Shown piece by piece: positions 21,878 to 32,805 of a stretch of 64,000 bases of DNA. The stretch spans positions 64,001 to 128,000 of the forward strand of contig CAWIYV010000009.1 in NCBI GenBank assembly GCA_963840455.1. Reading direction: 5' to 3'. The notes beneath the pieces were generated by a model. The model was not told the origin of the DNA. It saw nothing but the letters and a program-made list of their open reading frames with translations, and ran no database searches. How positions within the stretch are numbered: position 1 is the stretch's first letter; each line of letters begins with the position of its first letter. The translations under genes and the position numbers were made by a program. Source of the stretch: Nitrospirota bacterium (GTDB lineage: Bacteria; Nitrospirota; UBA9217).

Positions 21878-24800
21878 ATGTCTAAACAAAATCACGATAC
21901 CGACGATAACGATGCGGCCGCCGGCACGGTGGATGTCATTACCGGGAGCAGACAACAAGAGACGCTGCTTACCTCGGATGACCTGCAGAGCGCGATTTTC
22001 AACAGCACCAACTTCTCGAGCATCGCCACGGACGCGAAGGGCGTCATCCAGATCTTCAACGTCGGCGCCGAGCGCATGCTGGGCTACACGGCCGCCGACG
22101 TGATAAACAAGATCACCCCGGCCGATCTGCACGACCCTCAGGAATTGATCGCGCGCGCCAAGGCGCTCTCCGTCGAATTCGGAGCTCCGATCAAGCCCGG
22201 TTTTGAGGCCCTGGTGTTCAAGGCCTCGCGCGGGATCGAAGACATCTATGAATTGACCAAAATCCGCAAGGATGGGAGCCGGTTCCCCGCGGTGGTGTCC
22301 GTCACGGCGCTGCGCGATGCGAAGGACGCCATTATCGGCTATCTGTTTATCGGAACCGACAACACCGCGCGCAAGCAGGGGGAAGAGGCGCTGCGTAAGG
22401 CGGGGGCGCTGCAGACTGCGATCTTCAACAGCGCCAACTTCTCGAGCATCGCCACGGACGCGAAGGGCGTCATCCAGATCTTCAACGTCGGCGCCGAGCG
22501 CATGCTGGGCTACACGGCCGCCGACGTGATGAACAAGATCACGCCGGCCGACATTTCCGATCCCCAGGAAGTGATCGCGCGCGCCAAGGCGCTCTCCGTC
22601 GAACTCGGGACCCCGATCACGCCCGGCTTTGAGGCCCTGGTGTTCAAGGCCTCGCGCGGGATCGAAGACATCTACGAGCTGACCTACATCCGCAAGGGCG
22701 GGGGCCGGTTGCCCGCGGTGGTGTCCGTCACGGCGCTGCGCGACGCGAAGGACGCCATCATCGGCTATCTGCTGATCGGCACCGACAACACCGCGCGCAA
22801 GCAGGCGGAAGAAGCGCTGATGAAGGCAGGGGCCTTGCAGAATGCGATTTTCAAAAGCGCCAATTTCTCAAGCATCGCCACGGACGCGCAGGGCGTCATT
22901 CAAATATACAATGTCGGCGCCGAGCGCATGCTGGGCTACACGGCCGCCGACGTGATGAACAAGATCACTCCTGCCGATATTTCCGATCCCCAGGAAGTGA
23001 TCGCGCGCGCCAAGGCGCTGAGCATTGAATTTGGGACCCCGATCACGCCCGGTTTTGAAGCATTGGTGTACAAGGCCTCGCGCGGGATCGAAGACATCTA
23101 CGAACTGACCTACATCCGCAAGGACGGCAGCCGGTTCCCTGCGGTGGTGTCCGTCACGGCGCTGCGCGACGTGAAGGACGCCATCATCGGATATCTGCTC
23201 ATCGGCACAGACAACACGGCCCGCAAGCAGGTCGAAGAGGAGCGGATGAGGCTTGATCAGCGCCTGCGCGACCAGCAGTTCTACACGCGTTCTCTTATCG
23301 AATCCAATATCGACGCGATCATGACTACCGATCCGCGAGGCATCATCACCGACCTCAACAGGCAGATGGAGGCGCTCACCGGCTGCACGCGCGACGAGCT
23401 GATCGGCGCGCCGTTCAAGAACTTCTTCACCGATCCGGAACGGGCCGAGGCGGCCATCAAGCAGGCACTGGCCGAAGGTACAATCACCAATTACGAGCTC
23501 ACCGCGCGCAGCAGGGACAACGAGGAGACCGTGGTGTCCTACAATGCGACCACGTTCTACGACCGGGATCGGAAGCTGCAGGGCGTGTTCGCCGCCGCGC
23601 GCGACGTCACGGAGAGCAAACGCCTGGACCAGGTGCTGCAGGAGAAGAACGTCGAGCTGCAGAGCGCCAAGGTGGTAGCGGAAAAAGCGAACCTCTCGAA
23701 ATCGGAATTTCTTTCCAGCATGAGCCATGAGCTGCGCTCCCCGCTCAATGCGATCCTCGGTTTCGCGCAGTTAATGGAGTCCGATTCCCCGGAGCCGACG
23801 CCCCGCCAGAAGGAAAACATCGGCCAGATCCTCCAGGCGGGATGGCATCTGCTGAAGCTGATCAACGAAATCCTCGATCTCGCGAAGATCGAATCCGGGA
23901 AGCTGTCGCTGTCGCCGGAATCGGTGTCGCTGGACGAGGTCCTGGTCGAATGCCGGGGCATGATCGAAGGGCAAGCGCAAAAGCGCAGCATCCACATGAC
24001 CTTTCCCCAATTCGACATCCCGTGCTTTATCCATGCCGACCGGACCCGGTTGAAGCAGGTACTCATTAATCTTCTTTCCAACGCGATCAAATACAACCGC
24101 GAACAGGGGACGGTCGAGGTGGCGTACACCGTGAGTTCCCCGGGACGCATTCGTGTCAGCATCAAGGACACCGGCGCGGGATTGCCTCCGGAAAAGCTGG
24201 CGCAGTTGTTCCAGCCGTTCAACCGTCTCGGACAAGAGGCCGGACCCGAGGAAGGCACCGGCATCGGCCTCGTGGTTGCAAAGAAACTGACCGAACTGAT
24301 GGGGGGCGTCATCGGCGTGGAAAGCTCCGGGGGAAAGGGAAGCGTGTTCTGGTTCGAACTGATGGCCGCGGCCAAGCCGCAATTCGGCGTTGAAAGCGGC
24401 AAACCCGAAGCGCATGCCCAATCGGACGTCCGGAGCAGCGCGCGGGTGCGTACCGTGCTCTATGTGGAGGACAACCCGGCCAATATGAAGCTGGTCGAAC
24501 AGATCATCGCGCGCCGCCCCGATCTTCGGCTGCTCTCCGCAACGACCGGGACCCTCGGCATCGAGCTTGCGCACGCGAACCAGCCGGACGTGATCCTGAT
24601 GGACATCAATCTGCCTGACATCAGCGGCATCGATGCCCTTCGGCTTTTGCGTAAAGACCCGGCCACGGAGCATATCCCCCTCGTTGCAATCAGCGCCAAT
24701 GCAATGCCGCACGACATCGAGAAGGGTCTGCAGGCTGGGTTCTTCCGGTATCTCACCAAGCCGATCAAAGTAGATGAATTCATGGTCGCCCTGAACGCCG

Positions 24801-25042
24801 CGCTGGAGTTACAGCTCACCAGGAGCAAGCTGAGCCAGGAAGCGCTGACGGTCCTTCCCGGTGCGCTGGTCAAACTGCTTCGCGAGGCTGCTCTTGCGGC
24901 GGATCTCGACAGGATCATGAAGCTGACCCAGCAGGTAGAGGCCTACGATCGTGATATCGCGAGCGAGCTCCGCGTCCTTGCCTCACGCTTCGCCTACCAG
25001 CGTTTGCTCGATCTGCTGATATCGGCAAAGGACGCATCATGA
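21878..25042 (+). CDS. Multi-PAS hybrid sensor histidine kinase
   Basis: Four PAS domains, HisKA MSHELRSPLN, HATPase (NAIKY, DTG.G, GTGIGL), receiver (MDINLP). Confidence 0.92.
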   Translation: MSKQNHDTDDNDAAAGTVDVITGSRQQETLLTSDDLQSAIFNSTNFSSIATDAKGVIQIFNVGAERMLGYTAADVINKITPADLHDPQELIARAKALSVEFGAPIKPGFEALVFKASRGIEDIYELTKIRKDGSRFPAVVSVTALRDAKDAIIGYLFIGTDNTARKQGEEALRKAGALQTAIFNSANFSSIATDAKGVIQIFNVGAERMLGYTAADVMNKITPADISDPQEVIARAKALSVELGTPITPGFEALVFKASRGIEDIYELTYIRKGGGRLPAVVSVTALRDAKDAIIGYLLIGTDNTARKQAEEALMKAGALQNAIFKSANFSSIATDAQGVIQIYNVGAERMLGYTAADVMNKITPADISDPQEVIARAKALSIEFGTPITPGFEALVYKASRGIEDIYELTYIRKDGSRFPAVVSVTALRDVKDAIIGYLLIGTDNTARKQVEEERMRLDQRLRDQQFYTRSLIESNIDAIMTTDPRGIITDLNRQMEALTGCTRDELIGAPFKNFFTDPERAEAAIKQALAEGTITNYELTARSRDNEETVVSYNATTFYDRDRKLQGVFAAARDVTESKRLDQVLQEKNVELQSAKVVAEKANLSKSEFLSSMSHELRSPLNAILGFAQLMESDSPEPTPRQKENIGQILQAGWHLLKLINEILDLAKIESGKLSLSPESVSLDEVLVECRGMIEGQAQKRSIHMTFPQFDIPCFIHADRTRLKQVLINLLSNAIKYNREQGTVEVAYTVSSPGRIRVSIKDTGAGLPPEKLAQLFQPFNRLGQEAGPEEGTGIGLVVAKKLTELMGGVIGVESSGGKGSVFWFELMAAAKPQFGVESGKPEAHAQSDVRSSARVRTVLYVEDNPANMKLVEQIIARRPDLRLLSATTGTLGIELAHANQPDVILMDINLPDISGIDALRLLRKDPATEHIPLVAISANAMPHDIEKGLQAGFFRYLTKPIKVDEFMVALNAALELQLTRSKLSQEALTVLPGALVKLLREAALAADLDRIMKLTQQVEAYDRDIASELRVLASRFAYQRLLDLLISAKDAS
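21983..23240 (+). repeat. Three tandem 426-bp near-identical PAS-coding units
   Basis: Units start at 21983, 22409 and 22835 (142 aa each), with long identical DNA stretches. Confidence 0.9.
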
Positions 25043-25126
25043 ACCGCATTCGAAGAGGCTTACGAAACGTATTAAAAGTAACACGAGGCGACCCTGTATG
25101 CTGACTCCGACGGATGCCCGGGAAGG

Positions 25127-26017
25127 ATGACGGGGAACATGATGAGCCCGATGAATCTATTCCTTTGGTATAATAAAAAGAGACGATCGATCGCCGTATG
25201 CTCCCTCGCCTTCTGCTTCATGCTTGTTCTCGGCGCGCTCAGCGCGGAAGACCCGGCGATTGCCGCGAAACCGTCACGCGTTATGCCGTTTAGGCCGGGA
25301 GAAACACTGATGTACGATGTCAGCTGGTCCAATATCGTCACGGCAGGTACCGCGGTCATGGAGGTCAAAGAGGGAACGATGCCGGATGGGAAACGGGTCC
25401 TCAGGTTCATCGTGACGACACATTCCGCCGGTCTGGTCAACGCGTTCTACCGTGTGAACGACAGGCTGGAGAGCGTCTTTGACCCGGAGATCATGCAAAG
25501 TCTCTCGCTCAGCCTCAATGTGAACCACGGCAAGAAAAAGAGGCGCCGCGAGCTGGTCTTCGACCACGCGGGTCGAACGGTCGTCAGCAGGCTGAATGAC
25601 GATCCGCCGGAGACACTGACCATACCGGACCCGGTACAGGACGCCTTGTCCTCGCTCTACTATCTCCGGACGAGGGATGACTTCATGGTCGGCAAACCCA
25701 TCACCATCGAAGTCCACGACAGCGGCAAGAACTGGTCCGTCGAGGTCCAAACCCTCGGCAGGGAAAAGGTGAAGACGCCTGCCGGGGAATTCGCCACGAT
25801 CAAGGTCAGGACCTTTCCCAAGTACGAAGGGGTCTTCATGAACAAGGGGGAGATCTTCGTATGGCTCACGGACGACAACCGGAAGGTCCCCGTGATCATG
25901 AAGAGCACGATCTCCATCGGGTCCATCGTGACCACCCTGACGAGCATGAAGATGGACGATGTGAAGCCTCCCGCAAAGAAGCCGGCGCCGTCGCCTGATA
26001 CCGATGCGACGAAATAA
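25127..26017 (+). CDS. DUF3108-domain protein
   Basis: F.PGETL.Y.VSW..V.AG.A, D.LS..YY.R, E.V.TPAG.F, WL.DD..K.PV. Confidence 0.85.
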   Translation: MTGNMMSPMNLFLWYNKKRRSIAVCSLAFCFMLVLGALSAEDPAIAAKPSRVMPFRPGETLMYDVSWSNIVTAGTAVMEVKEGTMPDGKRVLRFIVTTHSAGLVNAFYRVNDRLESVFDPEIMQSLSLSLNVNHGKKKRRRELVFDHAGRTVVSRLNDDPPETLTIPDPVQDALSSLYYLRTRDDFMVGKPITIEVHDSGKNWSVEVQTLGREKVKTPAGEFATIKVRTFPKYEGVFMNKGEIFVWLTDDNRKVPVIMKSTISIGSIVTTLTSMKMDDVKPPAKKPAPSPDTDATK

Positions 26018-26390
26018 CGGTTGAGAAGGCATGTTCAACCGACTTGCGAAAATATGAGAAGAACGGCAAGCCTCATTCTGAAGAGGGAAGGGAATAAAAT
26101 GAAGAGCAGAAGAGATTTCCGGGCACGAGATCCTTGGCGAAGATGCCGGGACGCCGGACTATCACACCCGGGATCGTCATGGACGAGGTGCCGGCGTTCG
26201 TAAGGTTCGACGGACCGCTCTGCACACCACGGGGCCGGAGCCTGGGGGATCGAGCTGATGAGCCCCAGTTGGCCCGAGTAAGCGGTACGGGCCTGCCGGG
26301 TGGGGCGTCGTTACCCTTGCCAAGGTTATGTGATGGTATGAAAGGATTCTTCTTCACGAACGCCAGCTTGTATGGGGACAGGAGGTAGCG

Positions 26391-27620
26391 TTGCCAAGCC
26401 CAAGGTCAAATCAACGAACGCGGACCGTGCGCTTTGATCTTGCACCCTCGACGATAATCACCACGGTGCTCGTTATCGCCGCTTTGTGGGTGCTGGTCCA
26501 GCTCATGCCGGTCGTTCTCGTTCTCGTCGCGGCGCTCATCATCGTTGGTACGCTGAGCCCGGCGGTCTCGTGGCTCGAAGCGCACCGTGTGGGAAGAGGA
26601 TTGAGCATAGCGATCGTCTTCACAACGCTCCTGGTCGTCACCCTCGCCATCGTCACCCTGACGCTCCCGGAGTTCCTGGCCCAGGTGACGAGCCTCATCG
26701 ATCAAGAACCGGCGCTGCGTGCGCGTCTCATCGCCCGTCTCGCCCGTTCTCACCTGACAGCCCCCCTCGCGGAGGCCCTGCGCACCATGAAGTACGATGT
26801 GTTGCTGCAATCCTTCGGTGCGACGGCATTCGCATTATCGACACGGATTCTCGAGGTCTTCGCATACAGCGTAGGCGCCATCTTCCTGGCGCTGTATATG
26901 ATGATCGACCGGGACCGTCTGCGCGGAGGGCTGTTCGCGATCGTGCCCCGCACACACCATATCCGGCTTTCCCGCGTCATGATGAATCTGGAGACGATCG
27001 TCGGCGGTTATATCCGCGGACAGGTCATAACGTGCGCGCTCATGGGTGTCTTCATGTTCATTCTCCTGGCGGCGTGCGGCGTGCCGAACGCATTGGCGAT
27101 CTCGGTGTTCGGCGGCGTCGCGGACGTTCTGCCGTATATCGGCACATTCCTGACGATGGGCCCCGCCGTCGTAGCGGCGCTGGCCCGCGGCCCGGTCGTC
27201 ACCGTGATCGTTCTCGTGCTGATGCTCGCCTACGAAGAGCTCGAAAGCCGCCTCATCTTGCCCGTAGTCTACGGTCGCGCGATGCGCCTCCCATCTTCCG
27301 TCGTGCTTTTCTCGCTTATCACGGGCGTAACACTGCTGGGGATCGTAGGGGCGCTCCTCGCACTGCCGGTCGCGGCGGCGATACTGATGCTCATTGATGA
27401 GCTGCGTGTGGAGCTGCCCGGCGAGACAGAAGGCATCGAGAATGCGGCGCTGCGAAAGAAGGACGACCGGGGCGAAAAGGAGTATGAGCGCCGCACGGAA
27501 GGCATGCCGGCCGAGCAGGCTGCGGCCATTGCCGTGGAAATGTCGGACGATCGAAAAAGGGAAGAGGCCAGACCCCATGCGCCCCCGGTGGCGTCCCTTC
27601 CCGACAAGAAGGGTGAATGA
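26391..27620 (+). CDS. AI-2E (PerM/TqsA) family transporter
   Basis: GGYIRGQ, LPYIG, LE...I.P.VYG, GIVGALLALPVAA; multiple TM helices. Confidence 0.88.
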   Translation: MPSPRSNQRTRTVRFDLAPSTIITTVLVIAALWVLVQLMPVVLVLVAALIIVGTLSPAVSWLEAHRVGRGLSIAIVFTTLLVVTLAIVTLTLPEFLAQVTSLIDQEPALRARLIARLARSHLTAPLAEALRTMKYDVLLQSFGATAFALSTRILEVFAYSVGAIFLALYMMIDRDRLRGGLFAIVPRTHHIRLSRVMMNLETIVGGYIRGQVITCALMGVFMFILLAACGVPNALAISVFGGVADVLPYIGTFLTMGPAVVAALARGPVVTVIVLVLMLAYEELESRLILPVVYGRAMRLPSSVVLFSLITGVTLLGIVGALLALPVAAAILMLIDELRVELPGETEGIENAALRKKDDRGEKEYERRTEGMPAEQAAAIAVEMSDDRKREEARPHAPPVASLPDKKGE

Positions 27621-27840
27621 GTGGCCGATGATCCGAACCGGTTGCTATCTTGTCTGCTCGGCATGTTCGTCGGGATGACGGCGGTGTCCTGAACACAAAT
27701 ACGGCATTCGGCAAGAATGAAAAATGAGCATGACCAGAAGCGGTCGAAGAGCGGGTGACCATCATCGTCGAATGAGGATTGCAGGGTGCATAATCGTGCT
27801 TCCCATTGATACGGTGATGAAATGAATAAGGAGGAAGAAG

Positions 27841-28035
27841 ATGAAAAGCTTAATGGTTGTTTTAACGGTTTTGTTTGTTTTTAGCAGCCTAGCATTTGGC
27901 CAGATGGGCACCGGTCAAGGCGGCGGCATGATGGATCATGGTTGGGGATGGGGAATGGGCTATGGAGGGGGTTTCGGGATCATTATCGTGATTCTCGTTA
28001 TTGTGGGTGTCGTGTATATGATGAAACGAAAATAA
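27841..28035 (+). CDS. Small Gly/Met-rich membrane protein
   Basis: Signal peptide, GGGMMDHGWGWGMGYGG, TM helix; RBS AAGGAGG. Confidence 0.7.
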   Translation: MKSLMVVLTVLFVFSSLAFGQMGTGQGGGMMDHGWGWGMGYGGGFGIIIVILVIVGVVYMMKRK

Positions 28036-28037
28036 AT

Positions 28038-29069
28038 ATGCAGACCGTTATAAGCTCTTGCCTCCAAACCGGGCAGATCACCTGCCACGATGCGGGGGGC
28101 TGCATGATCGATTGCACCGGGAGCGGACAGGACGCGGAGCTTAAACGCGGGGTGTCCTGGCCTGCGCCACGATTCGAGGTCCTTGACGGTGCGGTCCTCG
28201 ATCGCCTGACAGGGCTCGTTTGGACAAGAAACGCCAATATGGCTGAATTCCCGCTGGCGTGGCAGGAAGCCCTCGATCACATCGCAACGATGAATCGTGA
28301 CAAGGTATTGGGTTCGATCGACTGGCGTCTTCCCAACCGCCGAGAGCTCCGAAGCCTTATGAGCCACCAGACCAGGAAACCGGCCTTGCCGGAGGCGCAT
28401 CCTTTTGTCAATGTATTCAGCGGATGGTACTGGACGTCCACGACTGCGGCGATCAACACTGCCTATGCGTGGTATGTCCATATGGAGGGCGCTCGAATGT
28501 TCTACGGCCGGAAGGAGCAGTTTTTCCTGCTCTGGCCTGTTCGAGGAACGGGGGACGCAATTCTCCCTGCTACAGGCCAGACCCGGTGTTATGACGCACA
28601 GGGACAGGTCATCTCCTGCGCGGGATCGGGACAGGATGGCGAATTCCGATCAGGGGTGCGATGGCCTGACCCCCGCTTTGAAGAGGCGGGAAGTATGGTC
28701 GTCGACCGGCTCACGAACCTCTGCTGGCGCTCATCGGCCGACCTCTTCGGAAGACCGTCGTCCTGGGAGGAAGCGCTTAATGCAGTGGCAGTCCTCAACC
28801 AACAGCGGGGAGGGGTTTCTTCATGGCGGCTGCCGAACATCAATGAACTGGAATCGCTCGTGGATTGCAGCGCGCACAGCCCGGCGCTACCTCCTGGTCA
28901 TCCCTTCAGGGATGTCAGGGAAGGATACTGGTCTTCAACGACGAGCATGTTCGAACCTGACTGGGCGTGGGCGCTCTATCTCACCAAAGGCGCGGTCGGC
29001 GTCGGACAGAAAAGGGGCGCGCATTTCTCGGTTTGGGCGGTGTGCGATCTCCCTTCGAGGGAAGGATGA
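28038..29069 (+). CDS. Tandem DUF1566 (Lcl C-terminal) domain protein
   Basis: Two copies of TGQ..C.D..G..I.C.G.GQD.E...G..WP.PRF...D.LT.L.W...WRLPN..EL.SL...YW.ST. Confidence 0.85.
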   Translation: MQTVISSCLQTGQITCHDAGGCMIDCTGSGQDAELKRGVSWPAPRFEVLDGAVLDRLTGLVWTRNANMAEFPLAWQEALDHIATMNRDKVLGSIDWRLPNRRELRSLMSHQTRKPALPEAHPFVNVFSGWYWTSTTAAINTAYAWYVHMEGARMFYGRKEQFFLLWPVRGTGDAILPATGQTRCYDAQGQVISCAGSGQDGEFRSGVRWPDPRFEEAGSMVVDRLTNLCWRSSADLFGRPSSWEEALNAVAVLNQQRGGVSSWRLPNINELESLVDCSAHSPALPPGHPFRDVREGYWSSTTSMFEPDWAWALYLTKGAVGVGQKRGAHFSVWAVCDLPSREG

Positions 29070-29132
29070 ACTGTTCGGAGAGGGCCCTCAAGGACCGATC
29101 CGCATAAACAGTAGGCGACAGAGGAGGTTGTT

Positions 29133-29522
29133 ATGAGCTATTATTTCAGCAAGACATTGATTCTGTCCTTTGACAGGGCGCTCTCCCGAGTGACGGAAGA
29201 ACTTAAGAAGGAAGGATTCGGTATCCTGACCGACATAGACGTGAAGGCGACGTTGAAGAAGAAGCTCGATGTCGAGTTTAGGAACTATAGGATCCTTGGC
29301 GCCTGCAACCCGCCTTTTGCATACAAGGCATTGCAGGCGGAGGATAAGATAGGCACCATGCTTCCCTGCAACGTGATTGTGCAGGAGCTTTCAGAGGGGC
29401 AGGTCGAGGTCACGGCCATCGACCCCATGGCTTCCATGCAGGCCGTCGAAAATCCTGCGTTAAGGTCAATCGCTGCCGAGATCAGCAATAAGCTGAGAAC
29501 AGTCATCGACAGAGTATGCTGA
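29133..29522 (+). CDS. DUF302-domain protein
   Basis: GFGILT.ID...TLKKKL...YRILGACNP...IG.MLPCNV. Confidence 0.9.
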   Translation: MSYYFSKTLILSFDRALSRVTEELKKEGFGILTDIDVKATLKKKLDVEFRNYRILGACNPPFAYKALQAEDKIGTMLPCNVIVQELSEGQVEVTAIDPMASMQAVENPALRSIAAEISNKLRTVIDRVC

Positions 29523-29550
29523 CAGTACAAAGATAACGGTGAGGGTAAAC

Positions 29551-29706
29551 ATGACTCCCGATCACAGGAAAGAACAGAATGCGTCCCGCGAGAGGCCGCG
29601 ATACGGGTATCCGCTCGCGGCAAGGGTATTATTCTCGTCGATAGACCTGATCGCCGGAAGAGCAATATCGCTTCCCTCGGTCAAGCTCATAGCAAGAGTC
29701 GAGTGA
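29551..29706 (+). pseudogene. Truncated duplicate of the 5' end of the AOX-like gene at 32899
   Basis: MTPDHRKEQNASRERPRYGYPLAARVLFSSIDLIAGRAISLPSVKLI compared with MTPDLEKEQKASSARPRYRYSLAAKVFFLSIDLVTGRTITLPKVKLI. Confidence 0.8.
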
Positions 29707-29769
29707 AAATGTATCACCGGGCAGAACACTGAGCGAACGCTTAAGGTCACTAGCAAGGAGGTTGTATTC

Positions 29770-32124
29770 ATGAAGCGTATTGCCGTTCTCTATTTGATGA
29801 TGGCCGTGTTCCTTGCAGGATGCGTCGCAAAAGCGCTGCCGCCGGTCCAGGTAAAGATACCGACCAGAACAATTGATTATCTGAAGGAGGTAAAACCGCT
29901 GCTCGACAAACGATGCGCTATATGCCATTCTTGCTACAATTCTCCCTGCCAGCTGAAGCTCGACTCCTTTGAGGGCGCGGACCGCGGCGCTACGAAACAG
30001 GCCGTTTATAATGCCTCGCGACTGACCTCCATGGACCCGACCCGCCTCTTTATTGATGCGCAGTCGACCGGGGAGTGGCGCGCAAAGAAATTCATCAGCG
30101 TTACCGAGAGTACTGCTGCGGACGGATGGAATGACTCGATCATGATTCAACTGCTGTCTCATAAGATGAAGAACCCGAAGAGCGAGGGAGAGTACAGTCC
30201 TGAAACGGACGATCTGACCTGCTCGGAAAACCGGAAAGAGGTGGGCGGGTACCTGAAAAAGCACCCGAACCGAGGCATGCCCTATGGTTTTCCTCCGCTC
30301 AAGCAGGAAGAGTTCGAGATCATTGCCGGCTGGCTGGTGCAGGGCGCGAAAGGCCCCACTGCAGCCCAGCAGGCTGAACTGACCACGCCGAAAGCACAGG
30401 ACGCTCTTGCCATCCAGCAATGGGAGGCATTTCTGAATCAGGACGATGCCAAGCACGCCATGACGGCCCGCTACCTCTATGAGCATCTGTTCCTGGCGCA
30501 TCTGAAATTCGGGACCCCGACCAATGAGTATTATGAATTGGTCCGTTCGAAGACCGCACCTGGCCGGCCCCTTGAGCTGATCCCCACCGTGCGCCCCTAC
30601 GACGATCCCGGTGTCGAGCAGGTCTACTATCGTTTCAGAAAGATCCACTCCACCATCGTCCATAAGACCCATATGGTCTTTGACCTTGATGATGCCCAAC
30701 TGCGGCGCTTCGAAGAACTTTTTATTCAACCGGAGTGGCTGCAACCTCCGCACCGGACAGGCTATGCCCCGAAATTGAGCGCCAATCCATTTGCGACATT
30801 CGAGCAGATCCCGCCGCGATCACGCTATCAGTTTCTGCTGGATAATTCGCTCTACATGCTCATGACCTTTATCCACGGCCCGGTCTGCAAAGGACAGATC
30901 GCCCTGAATGTGATCGATGATCACTTCTGGATCCTGTTCCTGGACCCTGATCACGATCTCAGCGTGAAGTATCCCGGTTTTCTGAAGCTGTACAACGACA
31001 AGCTGAGGATGCCCATTGAAATGGGAAGTAACCAGGGCATCTTCTCGGCGCTGACCGATGAACACAGAAAAGCGGCGGTCGAGTTTTACCGGACCCGGCA
31101 GGATTACTACGCATCGCACAACTATACCGGGCTCGGCTATGATTTTATCTGGAAGGGCGGACGTGCCTCGGATGCGCCGGTCCTCACCGTCTATCGCCAC
31201 TTTGACAGCGCCTCTGTACACAGGGGGGTGCTGGGAAATCTGCCGAAAACCCTGTGGGTCCTCGATTATCCCCTGTTGGAACGCATCTATTATGCGCTCG
31301 TTGCGGGATTCGACGTGTACGGCACGGCCGGTCATCAGTTGGCCATCCGTCATTATATGGATGAGCTGCGCGTCGAAGGAGAGAGCTACTTCCTTGATTT
31401 CCTGCCCCCGGAAAAGCGGCAGGAGTTCATGCAGTCATGGTATAAGGGTGTCGATCTTAAGGAGATGAGCTATTATCCGTCCGCCCTGCCGGCGAAAATA
31501 CCCTTCGCAACAGACGAGCCGAAACGCGAGTTCATGGAACGTCTTGTGAACGAGCACCTGTTGCCCGCAGCAAAGATCAGGTTCGATCCCATAAACTATC
31601 TGCGTGCCGGAGCTGCTTATTCACGCGTACTGGAAAAATACGAAACAAGAGACGATTATCTCCGGGCGATGACCCCCCTGTTCCAGCCTGGCGCACCCTT
31701 CCTCTCCCTGATGAATGAGCAAAATGCCAATCTCGCCTATGTGAGAATACGCCTGAAGAACGGAAAGGATGTTGCGGGTTCCATTGTCGTTAATCGCTGG
31801 CACGACAATGTCGCTTTCATGCTTGGCGAAGAGAGCCGGCTCAATCCGGCAAATGACATTGCCGACATTATTCCCGGTCTCATCGGATCCTACCCGAACT
31901 ACTTTGTTGACGTCCGGGAGGAGGACCTGCCGGACTTCTTTGAACTCCTGGCGAATTTCAAGAAAAGTCCGAAGGATCTGGAGCGGTTCGCCAAGTACGG
32001 CGTAAACCGGGCGGACGAAAGATTATGGGACGCCTATGATTGGTTTCAGAAGCGTTTTTCTGAAGAGGAGCCTGTACAGGGCGGGCTTTTTGATTTGAAT
32101 CGTTACTACCACAAAGCCCGGTAG
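29770..32124 (+). CDS. cti: Fatty acid cis/trans isomerase (heme c lipoprotein)
   Basis: Lipobox LAG-C; VKP.LD.RCAICHSCY.SPCQLKL (CxxCH), RYLYEHLFLAH, GPVCKGQIALNVI, RHFDSASV. Confidence 0.92.
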   Translation: MKRIAVLYLMMAVFLAGCVAKALPPVQVKIPTRTIDYLKEVKPLLDKRCAICHSCYNSPCQLKLDSFEGADRGATKQAVYNASRLTSMDPTRLFIDAQSTGEWRAKKFISVTESTAADGWNDSIMIQLLSHKMKNPKSEGEYSPETDDLTCSENRKEVGGYLKKHPNRGMPYGFPPLKQEEFEIIAGWLVQGAKGPTAAQQAELTTPKAQDALAIQQWEAFLNQDDAKHAMTARYLYEHLFLAHLKFGTPTNEYYELVRSKTAPGRPLELIPTVRPYDDPGVEQVYYRFRKIHSTIVHKTHMVFDLDDAQLRRFEELFIQPEWLQPPHRTGYAPKLSANPFATFEQIPPRSRYQFLLDNSLYMLMTFIHGPVCKGQIALNVIDDHFWILFLDPDHDLSVKYPGFLKLYNDKLRMPIEMGSNQGIFSALTDEHRKAAVEFYRTRQDYYASHNYTGLGYDFIWKGGRASDAPVLTVYRHFDSASVHRGVLGNLPKTLWVLDYPLLERIYYALVAGFDVYGTAGHQLAIRHYMDELRVEGESYFLDFLPPEKRQEFMQSWYKGVDLKEMSYYPSALPAKIPFATDEPKREFMERLVNEHLLPAAKIRFDPINYLRAGAAYSRVLEKYETRDDYLRAMTPLFQPGAPFLSLMNEQNANLAYVRIRLKNGKDVAGSIVVNRWHDNVAFMLGEESRLNPANDIADIIPGLIGSYPNYFVDVREEDLPDFFELLANFKKSPKDLERFAKYGVNRADERLWDAYDWFQKRFSEEEPVQGGLFDLNRYYHKAR

Positions 32125-32341
32125 AAGCTGAGACGATTGGCTGGTGAAGAAGCATTACCGCGTGATGCCCTGCGCTTTTCCGGTCATAGCGGTGCTTAGC
32201 TCTGTGTCAAGCGCCTGATCCCGGCAAGGAGATCCGGATTCAGATGCGATCCACTCAGGCGACGGACGTCGGATCTGTGAAGAAGATCATGATTGAGCCA
32301 ATCGGAAGCCGGCTGTGGGCTGCACAGTCAAGGATTCGAAC

Positions 32342-32805
32342 ATGAAGCTGTCTCTGAACGTTCGATACGCAGCGTTGTTAGCAGTGTTGGTGTTTGCGAA
32401 TCTTCCCCGCGACGCCTTTACCCAATCCGCCTGTCCCGGAATACACGTGAAGATTCTGAACATGAGAGACAGCGCGGGAACCATGGACTGTGCGCTTTTC
32501 GAATCACCTGATGGATTCCCCGCCGAGTTTCTGCACTCGGCAACGAATGTTATGATAATCAAGATCCGAAAATCACAAGCGCGCTGCGACTTCGAGGACA
32601 TCCCGCCGGGAACGTACGCGATGGTCGTCATTCATGATGAAAATATGAACGGCAAGCTCGATGCCAACTGGATGGGTATCCCCACGGAAGAGGCTACGGT
32701 TTTTCGAACGATGCAAGAGGCTTGGTCGGCGCGCCGACCTTTTCCGCCGCCAGCTTCCCGTACGACGGGCGGAACCTTGATCTGACGGTGAGCTTGCATT
32801 ATTGA
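32342..32805 (+). pseudogene. DUF2141-family protein, frameshifted near 32690
   Basis: PGTYA..V.HDEN.NGKLD...GIPTE continues in another frame as GYGFSNDARGLVGAPTFSAASF...SLHY*; extra GA in ACGGAAGAGGCTAC. Confidence 0.8.

Noticed and set aside
26134-26388. 84-aa ORF containing DEVPAFVRFDGPL
   Set aside because: Looks like a frameshifted relic of an unknown gene; family cannot be supported from sequence alone
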